This document shows, in pieces, positions 27,459 through 39,600 of a DNA stretch of 64,000 bases. Numbering within the stretch: position 1 is the first letter of the stretch; each line of letters begins with the position of its first letter. Origin of the DNA: Selaginella moellendorffii (lineage: Eukaryota > Plantae > Lycopodiophyta); the NCBI RefSeq assembly GCF_000143415.4, contig NW_003314393.1:191175-255174 (forward strand), read 5' to 3'. A program made the translations under genes and the position numbers. The notes below the pieces were generated by a model, which worked only from the letters and a program-made list of their open reading frames with translations, did not search any database and was not told where the DNA came from.

Positions 27459-28606
27459 TGTAAGGAACCAACTCGCCGAGGTGTCGTAGGCTAAGGGAAC
27501 CCCGAAAGCATGACCAAAATGACTAAGAGTTCATCGGATGGGACCAAGTCAAAGATCGAGTCCAAGACCGACTCTAGGACCGAGTTCGAGATAGAGTCCG
27601 GAATCGAGTCCAAGACCGACTCGGGGACCGAGTTCGAGTCTGAGTTCGAGACCGAGTTCGAGACGGAGTCCGAGATCCGAAATCGGGTCCGAGACCGAGT
27701 CCGAAGTCGAGTCCGAGGTCGGGCCCGAGATCGGGTCCGAGATCGAGTCCGCGATCGAGTCCGAGACCGAATCCGAAGTCGGATCCGAAATCGGATCCGA
27801 GATCGAGCCAGAGACTAAGTCCAAATACTAATACGGGTCAAGGGGTGAAAGCCCAAAGCGTGCGTCCCCCAGGGGGGGGGGGCTGCAGGGGGTTCCAAAA
27901 GTATAGTAGGGATAGTGAGGTCCAGGAACCAGTTTAGAAGGGACTCTCCAGTGGGGCTCCCAAACTGACTTGAGGTTGGGACTGGGACCGAGGGGCCTTG
28001 GGTGGGAGTGAGCATGGACTTGGTTGGTGCCGGAGGGGCCATCCAAGGAAGTGCTCAAGAGCAGCTCCCACTCCCGAAAGGGAAACCGATTGCGGTGCTC
28101 CCGGCTCATGTGGAGTGGTGCCCCACTTGAGTACCATGCGGCTCATTGGTCCTCGCCCTTCCTAGGGGCTTGGGCCTTCCTTCGGGATGGAAGTGGGGGG
28201 CGAGGGGTACCCATGCCGGGCCGTTAGGCCACGGTGTTTCGTACCGGCGTCCCGAAGCAAGTGTTGCACTCAAGACTTGGGATTTAGAGGGTCCCATGAT
28301 CAAGTCTTGTGGTACCAAGGGATGTTAGGAACCTGGAAGCTTGGTGTGCTTGGCTGCTTGTGCTTGCGGGGAGTGAAGCCGAACCTTAAGTCCAGTCTAA
28401 CCCGGGGAGGGGGATTGGGAGTGATTTGGGAATCCGTGGAAGGATGGCTAACGCTCCATTGCTTGTGCAGTGAGTAGCTGAAACCAAGTAGGAGCTGGTA
28501 CCATAGGCAATAACCTTGGCAAGGGAACTTAGCAAAAGCCAAGGCAGTGTTGGACGGATAGACGAGGTAAGCTGGCAAATTGGAAAGGAAAAATTTGTGG
28601 CTTACA
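27459..28606 (+). repeat. 5' LTR
   Basis: TGTAAGG...GGCTTACA; contains a GAGTCC/GAGACC microrepeat array. Confidence 0.95.
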
Positions 28607-28609
28607 ATT

Positions 28610-28621
28610 TGGTATCGGAGC
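28610..28621 (+). promoter_or_regulatory. Primer binding site (tRNA-iMet)
   Basis: TGGTATCGGAGC, one mismatch to TGGTATCAGAGC, 3 nt after the LTR. Confidence 0.9.
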
Positions 28622-28665
28622 CTTTATCTCAGTTCTAGCGAAGGATAGAGGCGGATTGCTGGGAG

Positions 28666-31600
28666 ATGGCAAGGGCAGGGCGTAAGCGAACCCAGGCGGA
28701 GACGGAACCTCCGCCGGAGCTGGAGCCTCCGGTTGAACAAGAGGCTATGGATGAGGAATCCTTGCATGAGGAGGACTCCAGTGAGGAAACTTCCAAACAG
28801 GAGTCCGGTGGCGAGGTTCGGTCGTCCAAGGCTCGATTGGACGTCCTAGAAGGACAGTTGGCACAGACCAATGCCCTGCTGGAGACTCTCGTACGCAAGT
28901 TAAAGCGTGACGAGAAGCGGAAGAAAAAGCGAAAGACTGCGGAGGCTGGCAGCGCAGAAGGTGCGGACCCTTCGGCAGGGACTGAGGCAAAACCAGACAA
29001 GGTCGAACAGACCGAAGTGGAACCAGTCCCTCAAGCAGTTCCCAAGTACAAACCAAAGCCCCCACCGGTGTTCAAGGGAGTGAACGACTATAAGGTTGTG
29101 GAGGATTGGTTTTACGATATGGAGGACTACTTCCGAGCGTTGCGGTTACCGAGCTCGGAGAAGGTCCCATGTGCAAAACCATACTTGGCAGATAATGCCA
29201 AGTCTTGGTGGAGAACAACGGAGGCCAACGAAGGACTGGTGGCCACCTGGGACATGATGAAGGCGAGGATCCGCGCGACATACGTTCCTCCGAATGCCAC
29301 TCTGCATCTGAGAGATGAGTTGAGTAGGCTGAAGCAAACTGGAACCATCCAGGAATATGTGAATGGGTTCATGGCAAAGAGGATACTTGTCACGGACATG
29401 GGGGATATGGATGCGTTCCATGCCTTTATATCAGGTTTGCAAACCTGGGCTCGCGGTGAGGTGATGCGCTGGAACCCGACCAACTACAAGGAAGCGTTGG
29501 ATGCGGCCATCAAGGTGCATTTCAACGATAACCTGCGAAAGGGGAACACGACGGGGTCGGGATCCACGTTTCACAAAGGGGCCAAACCGAGGGGAACATA
29601 TAGCAAGGGGAAATTCAAGAAGAGTTTCTCTAAGAATGAGTCCTCGGGGTTCCGGAAAGGCAAATCCGGTGGCCAGCGAGCGAGTACGTGGGGAAGTCAA
29701 GCGAAAAAAGACAAACCCACGGATAAGAAGGTCAAGTCGTATAGCAGCGTGGGCAACAACGTATGCTACAACTGCGGCGAAGCGGGACACTTCTCAAGGG
29801 AATGTCCCTACCCGAAGAAGGCCAGAGCCAATATGGCCATCAAGTCGGGTGAAGTCCAAACTGAGGTATGTGATCCAGTCCCTAACTCAAAGTTACTCAT
29901 TACACGAGCAACTTTGGTAGAGAGTCGTTCGCGACATCTACTAGCCCTCCGAGGGAAGCTCGGAGGTAGCTTTGTTAAGATCCTTATTGACACGGGTGCT
30001 TCGGATAATTTTGTGGCTGCAGACATAGTCCGGCAAGCCGGACTAACGGTGCAGCGGCTAGGCGAACCAAGGACTATAGAGTTTGTTCAAGGTAGCCAAA
30101 GCACCGATGAGGTACTTCGACAAGCGAGAGTCGAAGTGGGGACATGGAAAGTGGACATGGATTTCACCGTCTTGGACATGGCGGGATTTGACGTGATCTT
30201 CGGAATGGATTGGTTTAATCGGTTCGTGGTGGCCCTGCATGGACAAGGTAGGAACCTTGTGGTATTGGCGAATGCCCAAGGAAGAAGATCTAGGGTGGAG
30301 GCCCAGGATCTAAAGGTAGGGCAAAGCAAGGCCAAAGAGTCATGCTTAAACCTGGTGTCCACGAGAGGACAACTCACTAAAGGAACTAAGGCAGCCTTTT
30401 TGTGCTTACTCTCGGTGAAGAGTGACAAAAAGACAAGAACGGAAGAAGTACCTTTAGTGATCCAGCAGGTGCTGGACCAATTCCAGGATACCATGCCAGA
30501 GGAGCTACCGGCGGGGTTGCCCCCCGCACGACCGATAGAACATAAGATTGAGCTAGTCGAGGGTGCTGAGGCGGTGGTTCGTCCACCCTATCGATTGAAC
30601 GAAAAAGAACTCAAGGAGCTCAAGAGCCAACTAGAAGAGTTGGTGGGCAAAGGGTATGTTAGGTTGAGCAAGTCGCCGTATGGGGCGCCGGTGCTATTTG
30701 TGAAAAAGAAAGATGGATCTATGCGCATGTGCATAGACTACCGGTTGCTCAACAAGTATACCAAGAAGAACAAGTACCCTTTGCCAAGGATCGAGGACCT
30801 GTTCGATAGGTTGGGAAAGGCAAAATACTTCTCGAGGATTGACCTAAGGTCAGGATACTACCAGATCAGGGTAGCTGAGGAAGATGTCGAGAAGACAACC
30901 TGTCGAACGAGGTATGGGAGCTTTGAGTTTTTGGTGATGCCCTTTGGGCTGTGCAATGCGCCGGCAACGTTTTCGGCGTTGATGAACCACATCTTTGTAC
31001 CCTATCTGGATCGCTTCGTGGTCGTCTATATTGACGACATCCTGATCTATAGCGAGACGCTAGAGGAGCATGCCGAACACTTGGCGAAGGTGTTTGAGAA
31101 ACTAAGGGAACACAAACTGTATGCTAAAGAGAGCAAATGTGACTTTGCTCAACAAAAGGTAAAGTTTCTCGGGCATGTGGTGGGCCAGGACGGGCTCAAG
31201 GTGGACCCGGAGAAAGTCCAAGCGATCCAGGAATGGGAACGACCATCGAACGTACATGAGTTGAGGGCGTTCCTGGGGCTATGCAACTACTATCGAAAGT
31301 TTATCAGACACTATTCGAGAGTAGCCCTGCCCTTAACGGACCAAACAGGAAAAGGGAAGATGGTATGGACAGCGGAATGCGAGGCGGCATTCGTCCACCT
31401 CAAAGGGAAGTTGAGGAAGGCTTCGGTGTTGGCATTACCAGACTTTGGTAAGGACTTTGAGGTAGACACGGATGCTTCGGACTTTGCGTTGGGCGCAGTT
31501 TTGAAGCAAGACAACCATCCAGTAGCGTTCTTCTCGAAGAAGCTGGACAAGGCTCAACGGAAGTGGCCTGCCCACGAGAAGGAATTGTTTGCGGTGGTCA

Positions 31601-33438
31601 AGGCGCTCAAGGAGTGGCGACACTACCTTGGGAGACACTTCAAGGTTTACACGGACAATGTGGCAACGAAACACTTCTTGTCACAGCCCGACCTAAGGGG
31701 AAAACAAGGTCGGTGGGCCAATGCTTTGGCCGAGTTTGATTGCGAGATCCTGTACAAGCCTGGGAAGAGCAACATCGTGGCAGATGCGCTCAGTCGAAAA
31801 GCGAGCTTGAAGTTGGCGATATCTAGCGCGACAGCAACCTTTTGGGACGATGTGCGGACCGCATACGAGAGTGATGGTCTAGCACAAGAAGTGTTGCTGA
31901 GGAATCTGGAGGCGCGGGAAGCTCACCAGAGAGGTGAGCTGCCAACGGAAGAGAAAACGGGCTATGCGGAACGCAACGGACTCATATATTACAAGCAAAC
32001 GAGGGTGTATGTTCCAGAAGGGGAACTAAGGAAGGTAGCCTTGGAAGAGTGTCATGACGGACCTCTCGCGGGACACGGCGGAGTGCCCAAGACGATGGGC
32101 TTACTCAAAAGGAAGTATCACTGGCCAGATATGGCTAAGGACGTCCAAGACTATGTAAAGACATGCCCAACATGTCAGCAGGTCAAAGCCGTGACGAAGG
32201 CTAGTGGGGGCTTGTTGCAAAGCATCCCCATTCCAGATCGTCCGTGGAAATGTCTCACGATGGACTTCATCACGGGACTACCCCCAAGCGAGGGGTTCGA
32301 TGCGATATTCGTGGTGGTGGACCGATTTTCAAAGATGGCACATTTCATACCCACCACGACGGATGTGGATGCGGAAGGTGTGGCGAAGCTGTTCTTCGAA
32401 CAAGTGGTTCGAGTGCGGGGAAGGCCGGAAGAGATTATCTCAGATCGAGATAAGATCTTCACCAGTAGGTTCTGGAGGACACTCCTAGAACAGTATCGCA
32501 CCAAGTTGAAATTCAGCACGGCCTATCACCCACAGACAGGTAATGGGTATTGAGTCAAGATTGATGGCACTAACACTTCTTGACAGACGGACAAACGGAA
32601 AGGGTGAATAGGCAGCTGGAGGATTATTTGCGATGCTATGTCTCGGGAGACCAGACCGACTGGGTAAGTCATTTGGGACTTGCGGAAATGTGTTATAACA
32701 ACTCACCACATTCGAGCATCGGGGTGAGTCCATGGGAAGTCATCAATGGGCGAGCTATTGAAGGTCCTGTGGAACTCGGCGTGGCCGAGTATCATGGAGA
32801 GTTACCCGCAGTGGAGGCATTCACGGCGGAAAGACTCAACATTTGGAATCTAGTGAGGGATTCCTTGGAACGGGCTCAACAAAGGCAAACTAAGTACGCG
32901 AACCAAAAGCGTCGAGATGTGGAGTTCCAAGCTGGGGAGAAGGTGTGGCTGAACACCAAGAACCTCAGGCTACCAAGTGGGATCAGCCGGAAGTTGACCC
33001 AAAGGTAAAAATGCATGTATTCCTGTAAATGAATTGATCTTGAGTTCCTTAAGCAGGTTCGCGGGGCCTTACGAGATTGAGGCTCGAATCGGTAAAGTGG
33101 CTTACCGTCTCCGACTTCCTCGAGAGATGGGGAAGATGCATCCCGTGTTCCACGTGAACTTACTCAAGCCGTATTTTGAGGATCCGCTTCGCAAGGACCA
33201 AGTAAGACCTTTACCTGAGGTTATCCAAGGGGAGGAGGAATACGAAGTCGAGGCCATCCTCAATGCGCGCAAGAGCAAGCGACAAGGACGCGAGGTGAGA
33301 GAGTTCCATGTGAAGTGGAAAGGATTTCCACACTGCGAAGCAACATGGGAACCGGAGGAGAACCTAGCGAACGCGCGAGATCTAGTGGAGGAATTTCTGC
33401 ATGGCAGAACTCTATGTACTTATGCAAAGTTCAATTAA
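28666..33438 (+). CDS. Gag-Pol polyprotein with chromodomain; exons 28666-32539, 32587-33004, 33057-33438
   Basis: CCHC knuckle [14 protein letters not shown], protease LIDTGA, RT YIDD, RNase H TDAS, integrase HHCC + MDF, GPY/F motif and chromodomain EYEVEAIL...VKWKG...TWEPEENL. Two GT-AG introns restore conserved motifs. Confidence 0.92.
32540..32586 (+). other. 47-nt spliceosomal intron in the integrase core
   Basis: GTAATG...CACTAAC...GACAG; removal restores HPQTDGQTER. Confidence 0.88.
33005..33056 (+). other. 52-nt spliceosomal intron in the integrase GPY/F region
   Basis: GTAAAA...AAGCAG, AT-rich; removal restores [12 protein letters not shown]. Confidence 0.88.
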
Positions 33439-33845
33439 AAGTATCAATTTGAGAAGTTGAGCAATGGCATATGTTGGGACCCGAAGGCGCGCCGAAGGTG
33501 AGCTAATTAGCATGGGTTAGCTAGGTCGACCAGGCGTAGGGAGCTACGCCCGACTCCCTGCGGGGATGTCGAATCCGTAGACGTATTCTACGGAGGTTGG
33601 GTTTGAGTCCCAACCCCCTAGTAAAGCAAGGCTGGGTTCAAGTCCCGACCCCATACTAGGGCGTGGTGAGGGGTGGAGTATAGGGACACCTATATTCCGT
33701 TGTCATGAGCTCTTGGCCGGGGAGGCTAACTTAGGCACACCGCTAAGTGGGGGGATGCCCCCGGAGACATGGTCAACAAGTTGTAGGATAAAAAAAAAAG
33801 AGACGTTCGATGTGGGCATCGAACTTCTTCTATGGGTGGTGGAGT

Positions 33846-34993
33846 TGTAAGGAACCAACTCGCCGAGGTGTCGTAGGCTAAGGGAACCCCGAAAGCATGA
33901 CCAAAATGACAAAGAGTTCATCGGATGGGACCAAGTCAAAGATCGAGTCCAAGACCGACTCTAGGACCGAGTTCGAGATAGAGTCCGGAATCGAGTCCAA
34001 GACCGACTCGGGGACCGAGTTCGAGTCCGAGTTCGAGACCGAGTTCGAGACGGAGTCCGAGATCCGAAATCGGGTCCGAGACCGAGTCCGAAGTCGAGTC
34101 CGAGGTCGGGCCCGAGATCGGGTCCGAGATCGAGTCCGCGATCGAGTCCGAGACCGAATCCGAAGTCGGATCCGAAATCGGATCCGAGATCGAGCCAGAG
34201 ACTAAGTCCAAATACTAATACGGGTCAAGGGGTGAAAGCCCAAAGCGTGCGTCCCCCAGGGGGGGGGGGCTGCAGGGGGTTCCAAAAGTATAGTAGGGAT
34301 AGTGAGGTCCAGGAACCAGTTTAGAAGGGACTCTCCAGTGGGGCTCCCAAACTGACTTGAGGTTGGGACTGGGACCGAGGGGCCTTGGGTGGGAGTGAGC
34401 ATGGACTTGGTTGGTGCCGGAGGGGCCATCCAAGGAAGTGCTCAAGAGCAGCTCCCACTCCCGAAAGGGAAACCGATTGCGGTGCTCCCGGCTCATGTGG
34501 AGTGGTGCCCCACTTGAGTACCATGCGGCTCATTGGTCCTCGCCCTTCCTAGGGGCTTGGGCCTTCCTTCGGGATGGAAGTGGGGGGCGAGAGGTACCCA
34601 TGCCGGGCCGTTAGGCCACGGTGTTTCGCCCCGGCGTCCCGAAGCAAGTGTTGCACTCAAGACTTGGGATTTAGAGGGTCCCATGATCAAGTCTTGTGGT
34701 ACCAAGGGATGTTAGGAACCTGGAAGCTTGGTGTGCTTGGCTGCTTGTGCTTGCGGGGAGTGTAGCCGAACCTTAAGTCCAGTCTAACCCGGGGAGGGGG
34801 ATTGGGAGTGATTTGGGAATCCGTGGAAGGATGGCTAACGCTCCATTGCTTGTGCAGTGAGTAGCTGAAACCAAGTAGGAGCTGGTACCATAGGCGAGAA
34901 CCTTGGCAAGGGAACTTAGCAAAAGCCAAGGCAGTGTTGGACGGATAGACGAGGTAAGCTGGCAAATTGGAAAGGAAAAATTTGTGGCTTACA
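33846..34993 (+). repeat. 3' LTR
   Basis: Near-identical to 27459-28606 and the same length. Confidence 0.95.
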
Positions 34994-36693
34994 ATACGGA
35001 GGTTGGGTTCGAGTCCCGACCCTCTAGTGCTTGGGTTCGAGTCCCGACCCTATAGTGCTTGGGTTCGAGTCCCAAATCACTAGGGCGTGGTGATGGTTTG
35101 GAATATGAGGACACTCATTTTTCGGTGGTCATGTACTCTCAGTGCGGAGACTGGCTTGGGCACACTGCCAAGTGGGGGATGCCCCGGAGTCGTGATACAT
35201 GGTTAGATTGCTTAGTGTGGCTCGGCATATCTAATTTGAACACTTTGGTGCAAGTGGCACCAAGGACGTGGTGAATGAGATGGGGACACCCAGTCTTGGT
35301 TGCTATGGACCCTTGGCCGGAAGGGCTAGCTTGGGCACACCACCAAGTGTGGGGGATGCCCCCAGGGTCGTGGTCAACAAGTTAAAGGTCTGGAAGACTA
35401 GTACCTATTGGCAAACCTGTTAAGGTGTCAAGATTAGATTGCTAAGTGATCGCATGGCTAAACAAGGATGAGGTCCTTGTGAGGTTAAGGAACAAGGTTC
35501 CTAGTTCAAAGCGTTGATTTGAACTATTGATAATGGTGTGGCTTGGTCAAGGTGACCAAGTGGGAAGGACACCTAAGAAAAATGAACTACGACAATACAA
35601 TGGTATTGTGAGTTCAAAGTAGTTTCTGGGAGAGACCTTTGGGAGGGTCACAAAGTTGGGCCGAGGAAGGGGCCCATAGCAGAAAATGCTAAAAAGGTGA
35701 GCACCCTCTGGACTTGGCAAAGTGGAGCTTTTCCATGGAACCAAAAGGATACCTCAAGGAGAGAGGTAGTGATCCTGTGTTGCTTGATGCAACAATCAAC
35801 GGATAAGAGCAAAAGACTAGTGGCCAAGTTTGGGCCATGGAATTTAATGGGAGGAATCCAAATGGCAAAGTTAGCCAAGGAACACTAATGTGTTTGATGC
35901 TAATGGATTGCGGGAAAGGAAGTGGATTTCCAAGGATAGATTCCCAAGTGCTCCAATTTGGCGAAGTAAAAGCTCCAAGTGGGGAGTAGCAAAGTAGCCA
36001 AAGGATAAGGCCGTGGACAGCCGTGGACAGCCCTGGCACAAATGATGAAAATTGAAACGTAGTGCCAAGGGTGGCACAAAATAGAAAAGAAGATGATGGT
36101 GCCCTTAAGTAGAGAACTTCCTAGGATAGGGAGGTGGACTTGCACAATATGTGCAATACAAGATGTCGGAGGCACTTAGAAAATTGACTTCAAGAAGTCA
36201 AAAATAAACGTTCCAAAGTGCAAAGGTTATGTCGATGGAATCCGAGACTACTCGGGAATGAGTAAAGCTCTATTTCGTTAAAGTGGGAATTGTCATTATC
36301 CCACTTGTAAAATAAGGTTTCCAAACCTTTATATAGTATATATATATAACAAAATTCAACTACATTGAGGCACATGCCATTTTATTTTAAACAAGGAAAT
36401 GTCTACTCAATCACTTCTCCTCCCCCTGCCACTGCTTCACCTCTCTCTTCTCCTTGTCATCGTCGTCCAATTTCTTTCCATCCTTTTAATATTGGCTCAG
36501 TTGCTCCGAGTCTAGGTGGAGCCCAAGTCCCCATTCAATCTTTACTTTCCCCTTATTAATAAAACAACTTCGTAGACTTCCAATAACATGCTGTAAATGC
36601 AAATCCTCTCAAAGAATTGTCTTTTAATATTAATACAATGGCATGGAACCCCATGCCATAATAAGTTACATTTTTAAATAAATACATGCCATC

Positions 36694-39600
36694 TCAGACT
36701 GTTATTTTTTGCCTCCAACGCCTATACAATAATCTTGGAATTTCATCACTCTCCACACTATCAGGATTTAAACCCAATAGTAATGCCATCTCTTCTCTAA
36801 TACATCCACGCTCATGTTCAGTGGTCGAAGAACCCATCCGGTTGAGCAGATTATGGAGATGCGGATAGTGCTTGGCTAGACAATATACATGCCATAAATG
36901 ATGACTGGTGTCTGTCCGATCAAATGGCTTCTGATATACCGTTCCATCTGCCATTTGGTTGATTTCTGCAGCCACCTCCTGGACTGGCCGGTTCTCTATC
37001 ACCATCGCTTCAAGCCGTTTTGCAAGGTCCCCCAGAACATACAGTTTCTTCTCCCTAGTTTCCATACTGCAAGAGATGGGGTGCACTGCATATGTGTGCG
37101 TGTTCGCTGCAGTTTTAATCGGCGAGTCATCGATGATGAGGATTTCACTTGACCTAGCAGTCCGGTTCATCACTACAGCCTTTGGCTTGACGAAGATGGG
37201 CTTGCTACCCCTCACATGGACCATAGTCAAGCAATCCTCCTGCGTTAGGAGAAAGTCAAATGGTAATATTACTCGCGTCTGATCGTGCATCATCTGTAGC
37301 AACGTTAATGCATTGTGGCACATCATGGATGTCCAAACTCCCAATTGCAAATTGAACCCGGCCCTCTGTTTTAAGTGTCGCATGGTCATTATTAGATCCC
37401 GCAGTTTCTCCCGTGTGATTAATGTGAATCTGTCTCTTTTGACCAACTTGCGACCGCAGGCTTTGGAGGGTGCAGTGACATTCGAGGACGAGCCACGCTC
37501 ATGGGAGAAAAGGACACCGTTCAGATCAAAAACGATACAGTACTTTCGCCGTGACTCTGAAATGAAATGCGTCAGCATAAAAAATGGTACAAGTCAATTT
37601 TACCATCTACAATATTAGCGAATGGTGCTCCCGATGGTCGTTCAGAGGGTTTTGGTCGAGGAAACGTGAAGGGCGGAAATACTCTCCTCTGCAATGTGGG
37701 GTCAATCGCATCCGATGGCGTGTGGGCACATGCCATTTCAGCTGTAGACTCTGGTACAACTGGCTCAACAGTGGCATGGGGTGGTTCCGATGGCGTGTGA
37801 TCACACGCCATTTCAGCTGGTGCCTCCGTTGGCAAAGTGGACATGACCGAACAGGCAGCAGGGGCGGTGTAGGGAGGTTCCAACGGCGCGTAGTCAGACG
37901 ATTGGGCACACGTTGGAAATGAGGATACGACCGGCTCGGCGGCTGGGGCGGCCTCATGCGGGTCCAATGGCGCCTGGTCACCGTCAGTTGGATACGTGGA
38001 CAAGATTGACTCAGTGGTATGGGCAGCATCAAGTGGAGCGTGGTCAGCTTGCTTGGCGTTGATATGGATAGTAGCCTCCACCAGCTCTGATGACTCTTGC
38101 AGGCAAGTAGAGTCCACTGGCGGATCCATATGCATGTCCAAATATCTCCCTTCGATTGAGATGGTATCCTCCCGTGCTACTAAAAACAAACTCATTAGCA
38201 CATTGAATCGACTATATTGTATTTACCATCAACTGCTATTGAGGAACTAGGACTGATATCACTTGGGCGCACTGCTGATTCTGAAGGATTGGACATACGT
38301 TTCGACCCTTGCTTGGCACTATCCTTCCTCGACACTAAAGGCTAGAGTTTGTATCTTAATTCAACTGAATAATCTCTACTTACCATTTCTTCTGCGACCT
38401 ACATGGACAATGTTAGAAATGGTAAAAGGTTAGGAATGGATGTACTATTATTTACCTGATGGTTTGTCTTGTATGACCTTCCTCCGCTGCTCTTTGGCCA
38501 CCTCAGGCTGGCCATCGTCGTCATCATCGTCATCGTCGTTATTGTGATCGTCACCATTGTGAGGACCATCCAAGTCCTCTTCGTCCTCCTCTTCTTCATC
38601 CTCCTCTTCTTCGTCCTCCTCTTCTTTGTCCTCCTCTTCGTCCTTCTGCTCTTCCTGCTCATTATCTTTCTCTGGCTCCTCATCCCCCTCTTGCATTTCT
38701 TCCATAGGCTGCTCAGGCTGGATGGCTTGTTTTTCCAGGACCATCTTGGGAAAATCATCTGGCCGAGTCTCCATCTCAAAATACAAGACATCCATAGCCT
38801 GTTTTAGTGCGTGACCTAGGACCGTATCCTCACCCGACTGTCTTAACATGGTTTTTGCACGTTCTTGCACCCTTCGAAGACGACGAGATGAGAAAAACCT
38901 GGCCCTGACTTGAAAAGCATCCCTCATCCATTGTACCTCTCCATTGAGATTGGGGAAGGGGAGTCTGCCATAGGAATCTGAGTCAGAAGGTGGTGACTGG
39001 CTCCTTTCACTCAGCCCTTGATCTGCAATGAATGGCATGAGCACACACACCATAACCGCGAGGCATTACCTATCATCTTTTCGTTGCCCTTCTTCCTTTT
39101 TGAATCAAACGCCTCTGATCCCGACGACTGTCCAACGTGCTTTCGCTTTTTATGACCACTGTCAGTTTGAGCTTGGCTGGTGCTTGCCTGTTTTGCCTTT
39201 GAAGAAGTGTCTCCTGCAAGGAATGGCATGAGACCACACGCCATTGCAAATATAATTTGTACCTCCTTTTTTCCTATTGCTTGTCTGTTTGTCCTTCTTC
39301 GACGTGCCACCAGTGCGCTTTTCAGTCCTCGTGTCTGAATATTCACAACGATCTATAATCAAAATGGCGTGAGGCCTCACGTGACCTTACCTTGTGCAGG
39401 TTGTGAGCTCGGCCTAACATCAGTAGCTGTTAACGCCGTTTCAGCATCTGGGGGTGGCCACGCTCCTGCATACAGAGCTTGTGAGATAACATTTAAACTT
39501 AAATTGCGTACTCACACGGTTCGTAGAGAAGATACTATTTTTCTTTGGCAACTGTAATTATATGCTCCATTGAAGTCACCTCTTCAATGGAGTTTGTCAC

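Larger units (their letters stand above)
27459..34993 (+). mobile_element. Young full-length Ty3/gypsy chromovirus with TSD ATACG
   Basis: 1148-bp LTRs differing at about 8 positions by eye. TSD at 27454-27458 and 34994-34998. PBS, purine-rich tract before the 3' LTR, and gag-PR-RT-RH-INT-chromodomain. Confidence 0.97.
24445..36266 (+). mobile_element. Old decayed gypsy sequence: LTR piece, degenerate integrase (~24632-25300), long 3' internal region; host of the 27459 insertion
   Basis: FYWRNMKIDILKYCKSCELCQR, ISMDFIT, HP*TDGQTE and VQFAYNNS. The 3' region is homologous to 33520-33790. May be a composite. Confidence 0.6.

Noticed and set aside
27820-27870. Hammerhead ribozyme suggested by the GAAA hairpin in LTRs
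   Set aside because: No CTGANGA core in the required position.
32553-33034. Integrase breaks read as frameshift mutations (pseudogene)
   Set aside because: Both breaks are clean GT-AG inserts whose removal restores conserved motifs exactly.
35000-35075. tRNA genes or SINE suggested by GGTTCGAGTCCC
   Set aside because: Only T-arm-like hairpins; no D-arm/A-box, anticodon arm or acceptor stem recognisable.
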